DNA of 64,000 nucleotides from Tubiluchus corallicola (taxonomy: Eukaryota > Animalia > Priapulida). The position numbers and the translations under genes are program-made. The stretch spans positions 186,001 to 250,000 of the forward strand of contig JAQGDQ010000006.1 of the NCBI GenBank assembly GCA_030141605.1. Reading direction: 5' to 3'. A model generated the notes under the pieces. That model worked only from the letters and a program-made list of their open reading frames with translations. It ran no database searches and was not told the origin of the DNA. Below, one piece after another: positions 11,314-24,463 of this stretch; position 1 is the stretch's first letter; every line of letters begins with the position of its first letter.

Positions 11314-13993
11314 TTATAGACGACCCTCTGGATTTCCTACCCATGGGTAGCGAGGAGGACAGGTCTCGGCACAGGTCTCGATGTACCGGTCTCCCTGATG
11401 TTCAATGGAATTTGGTGGATATGTAATATTATAGTATGAGCAAGTGATTGGCTGAGCACAGAGGGGTAAACGATCTGGATAATCACAGTCGAATGCTGAT
11501 TGCCTGCTGTCAGATGATCGAGTTGGATTCCTCATCCAACCAAGGAGTTTGTCAATGGAAACGATATATACATCCTGCAATCGCTCGAGTTCGTCCAAGA
11601 ACTCCTCCATTGCTTCAATGTTGTAGTGCGCTTCGTAGAACCACCTCGCTCTCAAATGAAGACCGAATGGGGCTCTGTTGCTAGTGTAGTGGCGGGCAAA
11701 GTTCGACCTCAGAAGCTCCAAAGATTCTTCCTTACTCAATGGGAAATAGCAGTTATCAACTTCAGCACAAAGAGTATCGTTAGTGTCCAGCCAGTCAACC
11801 ATAGGAACTACCCACAAGTCAGGGAAAGAAGCAGTTGGACACGGCGTTATTACACATTCCTGCGTGCTTCTGTGTCTCAGAGTGTACGGGAACATTGGTG
11901 GGTCCATCTGGGCTGTAGGCATAGAATTATCGTATACAAATCCATTATTGGCCATCATTCTGAACTGAGCGTTTCCTCCTGGCTGCAAGAAAGGAGCACG
12001 GACTCCTATGACGTCCCTTTCATTTACCATTCCAAGCATACTCAAAATCCCTCTTTGGTCTGCCATTTCAGCTGCCCATGTTTGCTCGTCAGCATCTCGC
12101 CAGTAGTCGCTGTTCAGTGATTTACTATAAATAAATAATACTTTTTATACTAATTATCATGTGGAAGAAGCTGCTGATGTGATGAAAATACTTTTGTTGA
12201 TATCATAACAATATTGTGAACTTCTTATTGAGCAAAAAATTGTTTATTAATATCTCAGTTGTCATTATCCAAATTAAACAAACATTTTGATTATAGGGAT
12301 AAACTTTGTAATATTCTAATGACTCACCTGATAGAAAGTACGCCAATCTCATTTCCAATATGGTACAGATCCTGAACTGCTGCATAATCCGTAAACTGAT
12401 GTTCAACGAAAAATGTTCCAGTAATGGGGCATCCATTGGGATTGAGACGCGGTTCACGTCTTCTGTTTGGACCTACTCGCTTCAAGATCTGTTGCAGAAG
12501 ATGGTTGTAGTCTTCCAAGCGGACAGCTGACTCCCAAGTTAGGTAGACGATCTGTGGAATCTCCCCGGCAAGTAGGCCCCCAGGCACATCGGTACCAGAG
12601 CAGAGACAGTCTGGAAGCCGGCAGGTGCTGGGATCACATGGAGTGGCACAATCTACTTCATCAGAGCCGTCACCACAGTCTGGGTTGCCGTCACACTTTG
12701 CAGTCCAGATGATGCATTCGGGAGAGTTCTTACATTGGTACTGGCAGCTGGTGTATGCTGGGTTGGTCATACCTAGAGCGACTTCACTGATTTCAGGACG
12801 AATATGACCACAGACGTCGTTAATAGCAAACTCTGGTGCTTCACATTTACCTTCGTGTCTACTAGTTTGAGACCAGACGCTGTTTTCCGGGCAAAACTGT
12901 TAAGAAAAATAGCACTATAAACTGGAGAGCTCTTATAATGCTAATTTTACGTTTAAGATTTTAGGGCTCATTTAACCTGACAGAATAGCCCACAAATATT
13001 TGATTTCATGAAATGCAAGAAAATGCGAAAAACTTGAAATAAATTTGTGAGTTTAGATCAATGAGCAAACATCTCAATAATTGAGCTATCCAGCCTATGA
13101 ATAGTTTTCCACTCTTTCTTTTATTTATTTTCTACTTTTGTCTTGCGATTATTTGACTGTTGGTCAGTATATTGGTCAATAAATTATTTCCCAATAGTTG
13201 CACAGCTGTAGTAATGCCATTAGACATTTTTAGATATCACATAGTATTTACAATGTAATCTTTTAAGCGGCAATTTTTACTTACTGTAATCTTTGGCCAT
13301 CCATGATCACAGATGTAAAATATTTGGCAGTTATTTGGATCAGCGACGAATGTAGCATTCCCTATCTGAGGATGACACTCATCTTCCACTTCTAATGGCA
13401 CTCCAAGCCTTTTGGATGGAGAGGCCAAAGCTGAAAAAATCGAACAATTTTAAAGTTATACCCATCATTTGCACTTAAACTAAGACAGAAGCATCAATAT
13501 CATTTATTTGTTCTTAATAACAATTATCGGTTTTACAATGTTTGAATGGCCAAAACGCGGTCAATACATTGGTACTCAGTAAAAGGGACTGCACCAAGGA
13601 AAACGAAAACATGATATAGGTTCAGAAAGATGAAATTCTTATAATTAATTTGTTAATAACGAGAGATAACTGTTGATGTACTTCTTGAAAAACAGCATCT
13701 ATTCTTTTATATTGTTGATTTAAGAATATGCTTGAACAGTATTTAGTTTTGTACGTTCACGTCCAATTCAAAACTTCTCATAAATTAAAATGTACTTTTT
13801 GAAAGTCAGAAATCCCCGATTGAAAACTTTCAATATTTCACGCGCGTAATAATATATTTTTGCACTGTAAGCGTTTGCCTTTTCACACACAACACCATAA
13901 AATCGCGTCTGCAATTGCTGATGTTCACTCATACATCACTGTCCAATTTAACTTACCCAGTGTTGTAAGAGCTAGCACTATGATTAGCCTCAT
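11314..13993 (-). CDS. Chitin deacetylase-like protein (signal peptide, CBM14/peritrophin-A, LDLa, CE4/NodB domain), 520 aa, probably catalytically inactive
   Basis: Exons 13993-13957, 13430-13285, 12896-12328 and 12124-11314; all GT-AG, phases 1/0/2, 1563 nt with no internal stop. N-terminus MRLIIVLALTTLALA is signal-peptide-like. Six-Cys CBM14 (CHPQIG...DPNNCQIFYICDHG...FCPENSVW...C...C). LDLa CQYQCKNSPECIIWTAKCDGNPDCGDGSDEVDC. CDA-family hallmarks CDPSTCRLPDCLCS, NPNGCPI, GVRAPFL, YDNSM, C-terminal CPPRYPWVGNPEG. Architecture matches insect group I/II CDAs (Serpentine/Vermiform). Confidence 0.93.
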
Positions 13994-14029
13994 TGTGGTA
14001 ATGCTCTATGTACAAGAACACTGAGACAG

Positions 14030-14066
14030 ATCTGACTTCGATCGGCGGCATTACTTGTTTATATAT
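14030..14066 (-). promoter_or_regulatory. Candidate TATA box and initiator of the CDA-like gene
   Basis: TATATAAA on the minus strand at 14065-14058, an Inr-like AGTCAGA about 25-30 nt downstream (~14035), and the ATG at 13993. Confidence 0.55.
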
Positions 14067-14114
14067 GAAAAGTATGACCTACTGAGATAGTTATGACCGT
14101 TTCTAATAATGCCG

Positions 14115-14225
14115 GTAGGCAGCGTGGCGGAAACCATTGGCGCAAGGAAGAACGCCACTCAATCAGCAAGGTGTCGAACCTCCGCCCTACGCACTGATGC
14201 GGTGTCTTCTCTCATTAGACCTACT
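14115..14225 (-). mobile_element. Possible tRNA-derived SINE head
   Basis: B-box GGTTCGACACC (14180-14170) and an A-box-like TAGGTCTAATG about 35-40 nt upstream. No complete cloverleaf. Confidence 0.35.
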
Positions 14226-15489
14226 TTCTTAAAAAAGTGTTGAAACCTCACGTAACCTGCCCATCTGGATTAGATATTTGTGTACAGGTGAAAACAGGTG
14301 GAGAATAAGAGTCGGGACTTAGTGAAAGTTACAGATTACTTTTAGCTTCGAAAGTTAAACACTTGTATGAAACATTGTCACATAAAAAATTGTAAAAAAT
14401 CTTGCTAAGTCACATTTAAATTCGAGTCATAACATATCTTGCGTAATATTTAATGAGATTAAAATATTTATTATGTTTGAAAAATATATATGTTTTTATT
14501 TTTGTGCACCTCATACGGGTTACATATCTTTCAGTTTTGCAACGCATTGCACTGAAGATGGAAAGAATCACATTATCGATATTGTTATCGAACAATTATT
14601 TCACCTAAGAAGGAGACGTTTGGAAGTGCCTATATATATATATAAAATTAATACTGTAATATCTGAAGAAAATGGTTTGTTGATGTAGCATAAAAATTAA
14701 AGATAAACCTATTTAACATTAATGTTAAAAATTTACTATTATATATATATATATTAATTCTTTATTTGTCATAAAAACGGTTCCCTCATTATAATAAAAT
14801 TGAGTTAGCCTCAGCGTAATGTTAAAATAACAACACTGTTCAAGACAAATGCGTCCAGTGCATACTAAAAAAACTAAAGTGCAAACTATATACAATATAA
14901 TGAACATATTGCCTGTATAGGCCCATGATTGTGACTAGTCAGGTATCAGTTATGGTGTTTTAACACTCTCCGACAAACAAACAAAAAATGAAATAAAAAA
15001 GACAGGTTCCTTTAGCATGTATGCACATATAATAGCGACAAAAATTTTAGTACTATAAGTGGGAAACAGTCATTGTCGGCATATTAGAGTGATACAAAGC
15101 GTTATCGATTGACAAGGAAAACAAAGAGGCCTACATATGTTGGTGTAGGCCTTAATATAGAACTAGAAATATTACAGTGTTATTTTTAAGGAAGCATTTC
15201 AGTCAAGTCGATGATTGTATGACTTCTATCAGAATTTTTCCAGAAATCAAATGGCTTAACACCAAGAGATAACGATTTTGGTCAACAGACACCGAGTTCC
15301 GAAGTTTAATGCGCATGCTTGCGTTATTTTGGTAAAATTGTGTGAGAAGATAAATTAGTTAATTAACTTTGATAGGTTCCTACTCTTCATCAAGTAACCC
15401 TACATACATCATGCTTATGAAGCAGGAAAAAAAATTAAATTTTTAAATTTTCAGATTATCTCCATTACTTTTTTTTCTCTATCACTGTG

Positions 15490-15690
15490 TGGGACAATCT
15501 AACAAGCCCTGCTTTTTGATTGCCCACAACACATTTACATTCGTGTATAAGTAAATAGTGCTTGAGGCTTTTCTGTGCAGTATTTTTTATTTGTATTATA
15601 TCCATTGTAGGCCCTTTCACTGATATTGTATATGTAACCTGTAAATGTGTATGGTGAAATAAATGACTATGACTAAATGACTATGACTAT
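15490..15690 (+). mobile_element. LINE (CR1/L2-like) 3' UTR remnant
   Basis: acaagccctgctttttg motif, T-rich UTR, then AATAAA directly followed by a (TGACTA)n tail at 15658-15690. Confidence 0.45.
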
Positions 15691-18600
15691 TCAAATTCGG
15701 GATCACCCTGTACTTTTTACTTATAGACAAGGCGTCACGGTGGCGGTTACGTAGTTACATAATTTTAAAATGGATCTGCCAGGCCAATCACATAATTATG
15801 TTAAAAAGCTGATTACAAAAACAAAAACATTCAGAACTGCAAAAAAGGAAAATGCATAAGACAAGAAATGTCAATGCCTTTCTAGGTCACTATCGTTACA
15901 CATGTCTAATCCAATTAAGCACACTTAATTATATCATTTGAAGAATGTGCACGACAGAATATAATTAGTTTGCTGTAACGAGTATAGGTCGAAAATTTTA
16001 TTATTATTCGCCTAATACTTGGTCATTCAGCTATTTTCTATCTGTAAAATCTCTGAAAACCAAAACAACATCGACATAAACAGAGAAAATTCTTTCATTT
16101 TACTATGTCATTGTTATGTGGTTGATTTTTATCTCCACTTTGACGTATGTAAGCAGTTCAATCATGCCTGTAGGTACTTTCACTTTATTTAACTGTTCAT
16201 TATCCATTAGTTACGTCTACTTATTCTTGTTTCTGCTTTTGTCAGCCGGATTTTATTCATGGAAAGTTTTTTGCACTACATTCCCATACGAGCACGAAAA
16301 AGGGATTTGCAAAGAGTGCATGATCTAGTAACCTAAGCAATGAATAGGCTCTATCTGTTTATAAACCAGCTCTAAATGCCTGCATAAGGAATTATTTATC
16401 AATCGTTTATAATTAAGTTGCGCTTTCAAAGTGAGCAATGACGAAAAATGAAATTTCAACATGTGTCATAATAATACAATGGTTTATTTACAGGCTAATT
16501 ACAGCATTTGCGCACGTGCTTATCAATTTGATAAAAATGATAAAAATGGATTATATTCAGAGCTCTTAAATGCATTGAGCTAAATTACAAGCTACACGCT
16601 TGCCCCGACATAGACATTCGATACGAATTCTTATTTCAAAACTTTGAACAAATGTTAAAAAAATTTGATGGTTTCGTTTTTCCTTTATACCTTTCTAAAG
16701 TTCAAGGCGCAGAATGGTAACATATTCTCCACATTTTCAGTTAGAACTACGTTTGCCTTTTAGTTTAATAGGTTTTCTCTGTAAACCCCTAACTTACTGT
16801 CGTTGGGACACGCACTTTTTTCAATAAAAATAGGAACCACTTATATTCAAGGATGTTTATTTAACTGATTTTAAACGCTAACTCATGTCCGGAGCAGACA
16901 GTAAAATTGGTTATGGGTCATGATGGGATCATTTCTTTTTATTAAAAATACAAGTATAAGTGGATTCCTGCTGCTTTTTGGACTAGTATGCATTATTTGT
17001 GTTCTCAAACGTAGCTCTTAGTTCATTTTTTAAAGTAAAATTCGGTCACTAATCGCGTTGTTTGGAGCTCTGAATCACACCTGCTTTTGTTACCTGCAAT
17101 TTATCCGTTACTGTAAGTCCACAATTGAGAGTTTCTAATCAGCCGGTAAGATAAAGGGGATTAGTATCTGTTTTTCCACAGGATTAGTTTAAATTATTCG
17201 TGTACTTAGTAAGATGCATTCTTTTCAGCAAATTAAGAACGAATATAAATTTCTACGTCGAAGATCGACCTGCACAAAAAACTGGTGCACAAAAATAAGT
17301 AATTTGCTACAGTGTGAACAAATATGGTTTTTAATTTCCTTTCTATAGTATGTAATTGATTATTGATCGTATATCGATGATACTTGTAAAATGTAGACAA
17401 ACTTAGACAACCTTGGTTATGTCTAAAAATAGATCATGCACAAAAATTAACTTCGCCATCGCATTGACTTATTTAAGCTGCGTAAACATTAAACGTAATT
17501 TTCAAAATAGGCCTGAACGTATAGGTTGTCATCCAAGCACAGTATACTTTTAATAGTGTACGAAACTTCATTTATTCATAATGTAACCTATTTTGAACGA
17601 TGTTTTTACCAAGACGTAGCCCGTTAGTGACCTACCTCTAATGAAGTAAGATACTCCAGTATAAACATATATTAAACAATTGTGTGGCATGAATTAATTG
17701 GCTAAAGCAAAAACCATTTTAGTGATTTATTGTTTGTTCAAGATGTAATGAATTCATTTACAGCAAGTATTTTGTTAACCACCCGTGTAATTACATATTT
17801 ATTGCACGAATCCTTAACTATAAACGAGTTTAACTGTATGTGACTTAACTGATTAATTATTGCTGCAGGTATGTATAGCCGGAGTTTTTTGCAAATGAAC
17901 GTACGTGGTGTGCGCAAAAATCAAAATGATTTATTTAAAAGGAAGTTACAACATCTCGATGAATAGTTCACTTTTATTTCAATAGGCCTGATTAAGTGTT
18001 TGCCAAGGTTAGAAATGAGATAACATTGTAGATTCACACGTCACCAGCTACATTTTCTATAATCTATTAACACAAACGTGACTATTGTGTTATGATTCGA
18101 ACTTAAACAGCCAGGTCTTCCGTTGTCCGTATATATGAAGTGATTGTTTAATATAAATTAAAAGATAACAGGAGTAAGAACCTGCCCTTGAAATAGTGGG
18201 TGCCAATGCGACTAAGGCGACCGAAATTTGGCAGGTATCGGATTGAAAATGAAAGTGGGACAGTATAAAAACACAGAAATGTTCAGATGTGAAAACGAGA
18301 TAAAGTGTTCACTTTCTTTTTACCACGCGATCACACGTAGTTTGTTTAGCACCCTGAAAGAAGAAAAGGGAGTCAAGAAACTGACAGCTAGAATCTCGAA
18401 GTGAGTATATGCAGTCAGTATGTCTGACAGCCATGCTAAATGTTGCTCAATGAGGAATCGGCATTAAATGACAAATTTAGGACAGCCGCGTACACCGTAC
18501 AAAGTAAAATAAGTTTAATTTGACAGCAATAATGTTTGGAATTAAAGATTAAATTCCGACAATCACAAGAAACGGCCTACATTAAATCATACAAGTTACA

Positions 18601-19594
18601 ACAACAACTTTCCCGCTGTATCAATCTTTCTGTTTCAAAACTCGATAATCACTAACAAAAATTTCTTAATTTAGTTTTATCAGAACTGCCAAAACATAAA
18701 AAACATAGTCAAAGGAGAATTTTTATTTAGAGCATGTAAATCCATCGTTCTAATCATTTTTTCGCAAGTTATTTATTTGCTAAATTTGCGTTGAGACAGT
18801 TAGGGCGTAACACACAAATTGCGTGGCGACGGTACGTGCTATTTATGGGACGAGGATTCATCCCGAAATGTATGGAACTTGTGAAAAGTCTTATTAAAGA
18901 AGAAACCAATAAAAAGGCATATGCGTTATCGAATTTTGTGGATTCAATACCTACAATTACCAGACTAACAGTATTAACATGATTCCCTTATTCCATGGTT
19001 CCACTTGTTCGAATATATTCAACTACGGAAACCCAAGTGAAAAGAATAACTATAGATTGCGTGATGTCATTAAAAATAGCGGTTTCAAGCATTTTTTAAC
19101 ACGGGAAATTTATCAATTGCACAATAATTTATGTCGAATCAGATTTGCCACATCATGTCTTCTAGGACAGCTTTACATAGTTTTACGAACTGAAACTGTT
19201 ATGACAATGCACATGGCCAAAAGGTACGATTAGTTTGTAATTAGTGACTGACACCACCCAATGACCATTATGGCAGCAAACAATAAATGAGAGTTGACAC
19301 AGCTACGGGCCATGAAAGTGAGAAAATTCACTTGTGGTTGTTACTATTTTGCGCCAAAATTTCTGTAGTACTCCATTAATGCGAGGAAAGCAGTGGTAGA
19401 TTAATGGCATGTAAGAATACATTACGAACGAATTTTCCAAGCAACTTTTATCAACAAATATGGTACTCCTAGACTACAAAGAACTCTGGGTATAGACTTT
19501 AGTGCTGTGAGTCTGTGACCCCCTTTTGGCACTGCAAGTTTGCAGCCTTTGAGTTATAAATATTTATAATTTGGTAAATTAAATTTTACATTGG

Positions 19595-19730
19595 GAGAAA
19601 AAGAAAGAAAGCGAAAAAGAAAGAAGGAAAGAAAGAAATAGAGAAAGAATGAAGGAAAGACAGAATTAATGAAGAAAGAAAGAAAAAGGAAAGAAGGAAA
19701 GCAACGCAACGCAACAAGAAAGAAAGTGAG
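19595..19730. repeat. Degenerate (GAAA)n purine-rich tract
   Basis: Almost exclusively A/G, with repeated GAAA/GGAAA. Confidence 0.85.
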
Positions 19731-21214
19731 GTCATGAAGTTAAGAGAGGTTATGAGTTCATAAATAATCAAAGAAAAAGACAACTGCGCTGAGTAAAACA
19801 GAGGTCTTATCTGCTACTGCGAAAAATGAACAAAATATAATGTTTGCTGCTTGTTTAGTGATGCTGTTGCTTATTTTGTTGCTTGCGATTAGTCATTCGT
19901 CATTTACATGGCGAAATAGTAGAAAATGATTGTTTATTACCCGTAGTCTCTATTTCTGTAAGTATAGTTGTCTCTTTTTAGAGTCATTGTTATAGAATTT
20001 TAACATGTGCCTAAAATAACAATCTAACGCAAAATCTTAGTTTTGAAGCTGGCTTATCATGACATTTTGCGCCTGATATATGCTGTCTCACGATTTTGCT
20101 AACAATATACACTAGTCGTCATATTACAAAGAACAAAATCGCGCACCAATCTTTTATAATGTTAAGCCTTATTAACGTTATAAATAATCGTTGCTGTTAT
20201 AGTTTGCAAAGTAAAAGCCATTCACGGCACGACAGTAATTTTTTGCTACCATGCACATGTTCCACTTTGCAACAAATGTAAGCTTGTTTTCTAAAAATCG
20301 AAAAATACCTCTTAGTAAAAGTGACCAACTTTCACTGACCTGGTCCTGTTAAATTTAATTATGACAACACGCGGGTCTGCTGTAAACATAACTTTTATGG
20401 TCGCTCCAACTCATTAAAATGCAATTTTACGAACGAACCCTCAGGCCAGTAGAGAACACTGCTTACTATTATGCCGCGTAAATGGTAGGATCATAGGACT
20501 CAAATGATATGGTTTGGCAGAAAAACAGGTAAAAATGACAAGAATTTTTTAAGCGGTTACGAGTTAGCTTTCAGTTTCACAACAGATATTTCATTACAGA
20601 CCTTTTGCAATTACTAGCAGAGTAAATTAGTTGTCCATTTTGTGAGCTCATAGTACATAATCCAGAATGCACAAGATCGATGCAAAATCTTTCCGCAAAA
20701 ACTTATCTGAGACAGATTTTGCTCGTCTGCGGGCTCGCTAAACCCCGTTTTCTCCAATTTTGTCTCAATTTTCTGTCTCATACCTCTTGCCTTCGCCTGC
20801 CTCAAAACAAAAATCTGTTTCGGACAAACCAAAGATGAAAGCCGCAAAAAGCAATGGTTTTGGCCACGCGTCATCTAGTGAGAGTTTATTGGGACTACAC
20901 ATGCGTGACACAGTGTGCTTCATAGAGAAGCTTCCGTATGCGGGTAAATTTTGTCTGAGACAGTTTGCATAAGACAATTTGTTGCACAGATATTTTTATT
21001 CGCGTGTGGCTATTTGACAATGGGCGGTTGATATTTGATAAAAAAAAACGGCGTTTTGATAATGACATAACTATATTTTTGATTATTAAAATGCAACGAT
21101 TCTTAGATATAACTGTTTACGTCCATATTCAACTGGGAGATACTGGCTTGACATCTTCTTCACATCAGTAACAAAAAATAGCGATAATAGTACAAACTAA
21201 AATTAAACCTTATA

Positions 21215-22915
21215 GTGATAGAGTAACCTATGTCTGTAAGTCTCTCGTCTCAGACGAGGTGTCAGGACGAGGGACTCGACCCATATCATACTCGTTTGAA
21301 TGTTGTTGTTCTTCTTGGGCGATGAGCTTTTGAAAAAAAGCTTAAGGCTCCGTGAATTCATAATAGATCGTTACGAAACTGAACGTCACAGGAATATACT
21401 TGAACGTATTCTGCATTGACTGCAGACGGATTTTTGATATACTAACTTGAATTCAAAATGGCAGCAATAATGGACTCCGTCAGTTCACAACAGATCACCA
21501 TGAAAGTTTATAGAGTATACTAGAACGAATTCTACATCGATTGTAGAGCTGGATTTTTGATGTGCTATTTCCAAGATGGCGGTAATAATATAATTTTCGA
21601 AAAAGCCTAAACCTCTGCCAATTCACAACGAATCGTCGTAAAACTTTACAATAACTAGAACATAATCCGTATCGATTGACAGAGCCGATTTTTGAGCGGC
21701 CGTCTTCAATTCAAGCTAACAACGATAATATCATTTTCAAAAAAGGCCTACGCCAGTTAGGAACAAATGGGCGTGAAATGCTATAGGAATATATTAGAAT
21801 GAATTCAGCATTTTTCCTTCAATCCGTCTCATTCCATCTAATGTAGACATTGAGGCATTAGCATTTATTAGAGTATTCCATCCACTTCTATCCCGACCTA
21901 ACAGCGTAAGTTCTTCTACTCCTAAAGATAGATTTGGTTGAAGTTGTCGAACATCTTTATTTATCTTAGCTATGCAAGTTATTTTTGATCAGCCAGGTGG
22001 TTGTTGCAAGGTTTTAAAGCTTTTGAAGGCGATTCCTACTGGTACTTCAGTTGGTAATCTTAGAAGGTGTCCTAGCCATTTTAATCTTCTGAACTTGACT
22101 TTTGAACTCCAAGGAATTTTTTTCGCTCTAGTGTATAAATCTTCATTTTTTATTATCTATGGCCATGTACATCTTATCTTTAAAACTTTCCTTAGAAGAC
22201 TTCTATAAAATTTGTCAATCTGTTTTTCTGGAGTAATCGCTATATCCCATGTCTCACTTTTGGACATAAATACGCTGGTAACGCAAGCATTAAATAATCG
22301 AGATCTTATGTTAAGACTTAATTTCTTGCTAGTTAATATATTCTTGTGTTGAAGAAAAACATGCATTGCTTGCTGCTTTCTACTTGTAATGTCATCTTCG
22401 GCGTTTAGAAGCTTTTTCCATGACTCATTACCTTCTCTTGCAATAATATATGCTTCTGTTTGTGATTGGTTTAAGCCTATTTGAAGATTTCTTTTCTCTA
22501 GTTTTTTTATTTGGAAATTCTGCATAAACTGATGGAATCAGATCTTCGATCCGCAATTTTGAATTCAAGTTGGCCGCGATAACATCATTTTCAACGATCG
22601 TCATGAAACTTTATACAAATATGCTAGATTGAATTCTGCTTCGACCGACGAATCCTATTTTCGATCCGCCATTTTGAATTTGACATAGGGGCAATAACCA
22701 TTTTTGAAAAAAAAGCCCAGGGTCCCGCCAATTCGCGATGGATCGTCGTAAAGCTTTATAGCAACATACAAGAATGTATTCTGCATTCCCATCGTGAATT
22801 CAAGATTAAAGTTTTTTTCTAAAAAAACTAAACGCAAACCTAAACCTGCGAACAATTATAGCCTATATTAGAAAAAATTTCGCCGCTACTGCCGCAGGTA
22901 GGTACCTACTTGTTA
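21215..22915. mobile_element. Helentron-type element with internal ~120-140 bp tandem array, interrupted by a LINE
   Basis: Inverted subterminal motifs agtaacctat (~21223) and gtaggtacct (~22898), a short TGT/TCT microsatellite at 21301, and about 6 diverged units sharing aaaagcct..ccgccaattc..gatcgtcatgaaacttta..ctagaa.gaattctgcatcga..caagatggc. Confidence 0.55.
21812..22515 (-). mobile_element. 5'-truncated RTE-like LINE with target-site duplication
   Basis: Translation KKLSLNIRSRLFNACVTSVF...IDKFYRSLLRKVLKI..WP*IIKNEDLY...VKFRRLKWLGHLLRLP. Flanked by AATTCAGCAT (21802-21811) and AATTCTGCAT (22516-22525). Confidence 0.85.
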
Positions 22916-24457
22916 CTTTACTTGAATCGATCGTTTTAAAATCCAGAGTCTGATTTTAATGGGAGAAGTGGGCGTCAGTAAGTTGCTTTACCTAGGTTTT
23001 TAATTGATTTCATCCTGATCTCCTCAGTACATTCTCCTTGGTACACCTTACTTACTATATCATTTAAAAGGTACTGGATAAAAAATGCTCCTGTCAGGCA
23101 AAAAGATTTCACGCCGACACTGCAAGATAGTAGAGTAATGGACATTCATCGATGCTGCAGCCATATAGCTGCTTGTTCTATCGATTTCCCTTGTCTATTC
23201 CTTGTCTAACTGTCAGTTTGACGTTTTTCTTTAAACGACACATTCATCCAACTTTCTTGTATTAACATGAAATAAGTGAACACAAATCAAACCTAGCCTA
23301 ACAAACTGTCTCTGCGCAATATGTGTTTCAACAATATCGGAGGCTTTTGATCCGACTTTGCTGACTAATCACTGTTGAAAATTGTCAGGACTAATCTTGT
23401 AATGTAGCCAACTGCTCCTCTGAAAAAAACGAATTTGTAAAATCGCTAGAAATAAGCTCGACAAACAAAAATACCATTTGTAGAAAGCATAAATCTCACT
23501 AAATTTTACCAGACATATATAAAATACCTACAGACATAAGTATTATTTCACTTATCTGAGAATGCACATGTGCTCAGTATACAAAACAGTAAGTGACTGA
23601 GTTAATCAGGTCTCGCGTAAGAATTTGGAAAGCCTACATTTAAAATTGGGCAACCGTGCACTTAATAACATTTTAATAAAAGTACATAGTGTCCAAGTTA
23701 CTTGCATTGTGAAAAGAATGTAATTGTAATTCCTTATTAAGCAGCATTTACACGGTAGGCTGAACAAGTCAAAGAATTGGAATTCTCTGAAACTGGAAGT
23801 GGTGAATATTTCACACCTGTCAATTCACACAATTACAACAGATAAACAATTAGCTCCACTGACACGAAAGACACTTGAAAGTAATTCAACTGCACTATAG
23901 GCCAAAAAGAGCAAACCAAGTAAGCAGGTCAGAAACTGGAAAAAAACCAACGAAATTTATTCCACTCTAGACACCTCTGATCTTACCACTAAGACGTGAA
24001 AGCGCTCCAAAAGTTTGTTCATTGTAAATTAACTACGTGAGTTACGTTCCGTAGCGTTTGTTGGAATTTTGTTGAATAAATAATGTAGGTTAAGTGTACA
24101 AACAATGTCTGCAGTTTTAAATGGTTTTGGTGTTTGAATTAATCAGTGCGAATTGCAAAACTCTTTGACCAAGCGACACAAAAATTGTGATTACCTTTAC
24201 AACAGAATTACACAGTTATAATTATTTTATTTTGTGGGTAGCTCACAAGTGTTTAACCTAACTGTATGGTGAAGTTTGCGGTAATAGTTTCAAAAAATGC
24301 AAAAAATGGGATAAAAACACTAAGAAAATTTTCAAGCACCATAAAAGATTTCCCCGTCACTTTATTTCACCTGCAATAGCCAAAAACGTCTTTGATGGTT
24401 TTCTAGGCAAAACAAACACAAAGACTCTGAGGTTAAAATTATACCCATCTTCATAGA

Positions 24458-24463
24458 TTTATT
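24458..24463 (-). terminator. Candidate DEF8 polyadenylation signal
   Basis: AATAAA on the minus strand ~780 nt downstream of the DEF8 stop. Further copies lie near 24361 and 24226. Confidence 0.3.

Noticed and set aside
11448-12807. Several plus-strand ORFs up to 164 aa
   Set aside because: Antisense shadows of the GC-richer CDA-like exons.
20680-21000. Repeated tctgagacag/ctgtctca motifs suggesting a Harbinger-like MITE
   Set aside because: Matching termini and a TSD could not be defined.
15700-21200. Possible hidden gene between the CDA-like gene and DEF8
   Set aside because: Only isolated splice-like motifs and short ORFs with no recognisable domain or consistent exon chain.
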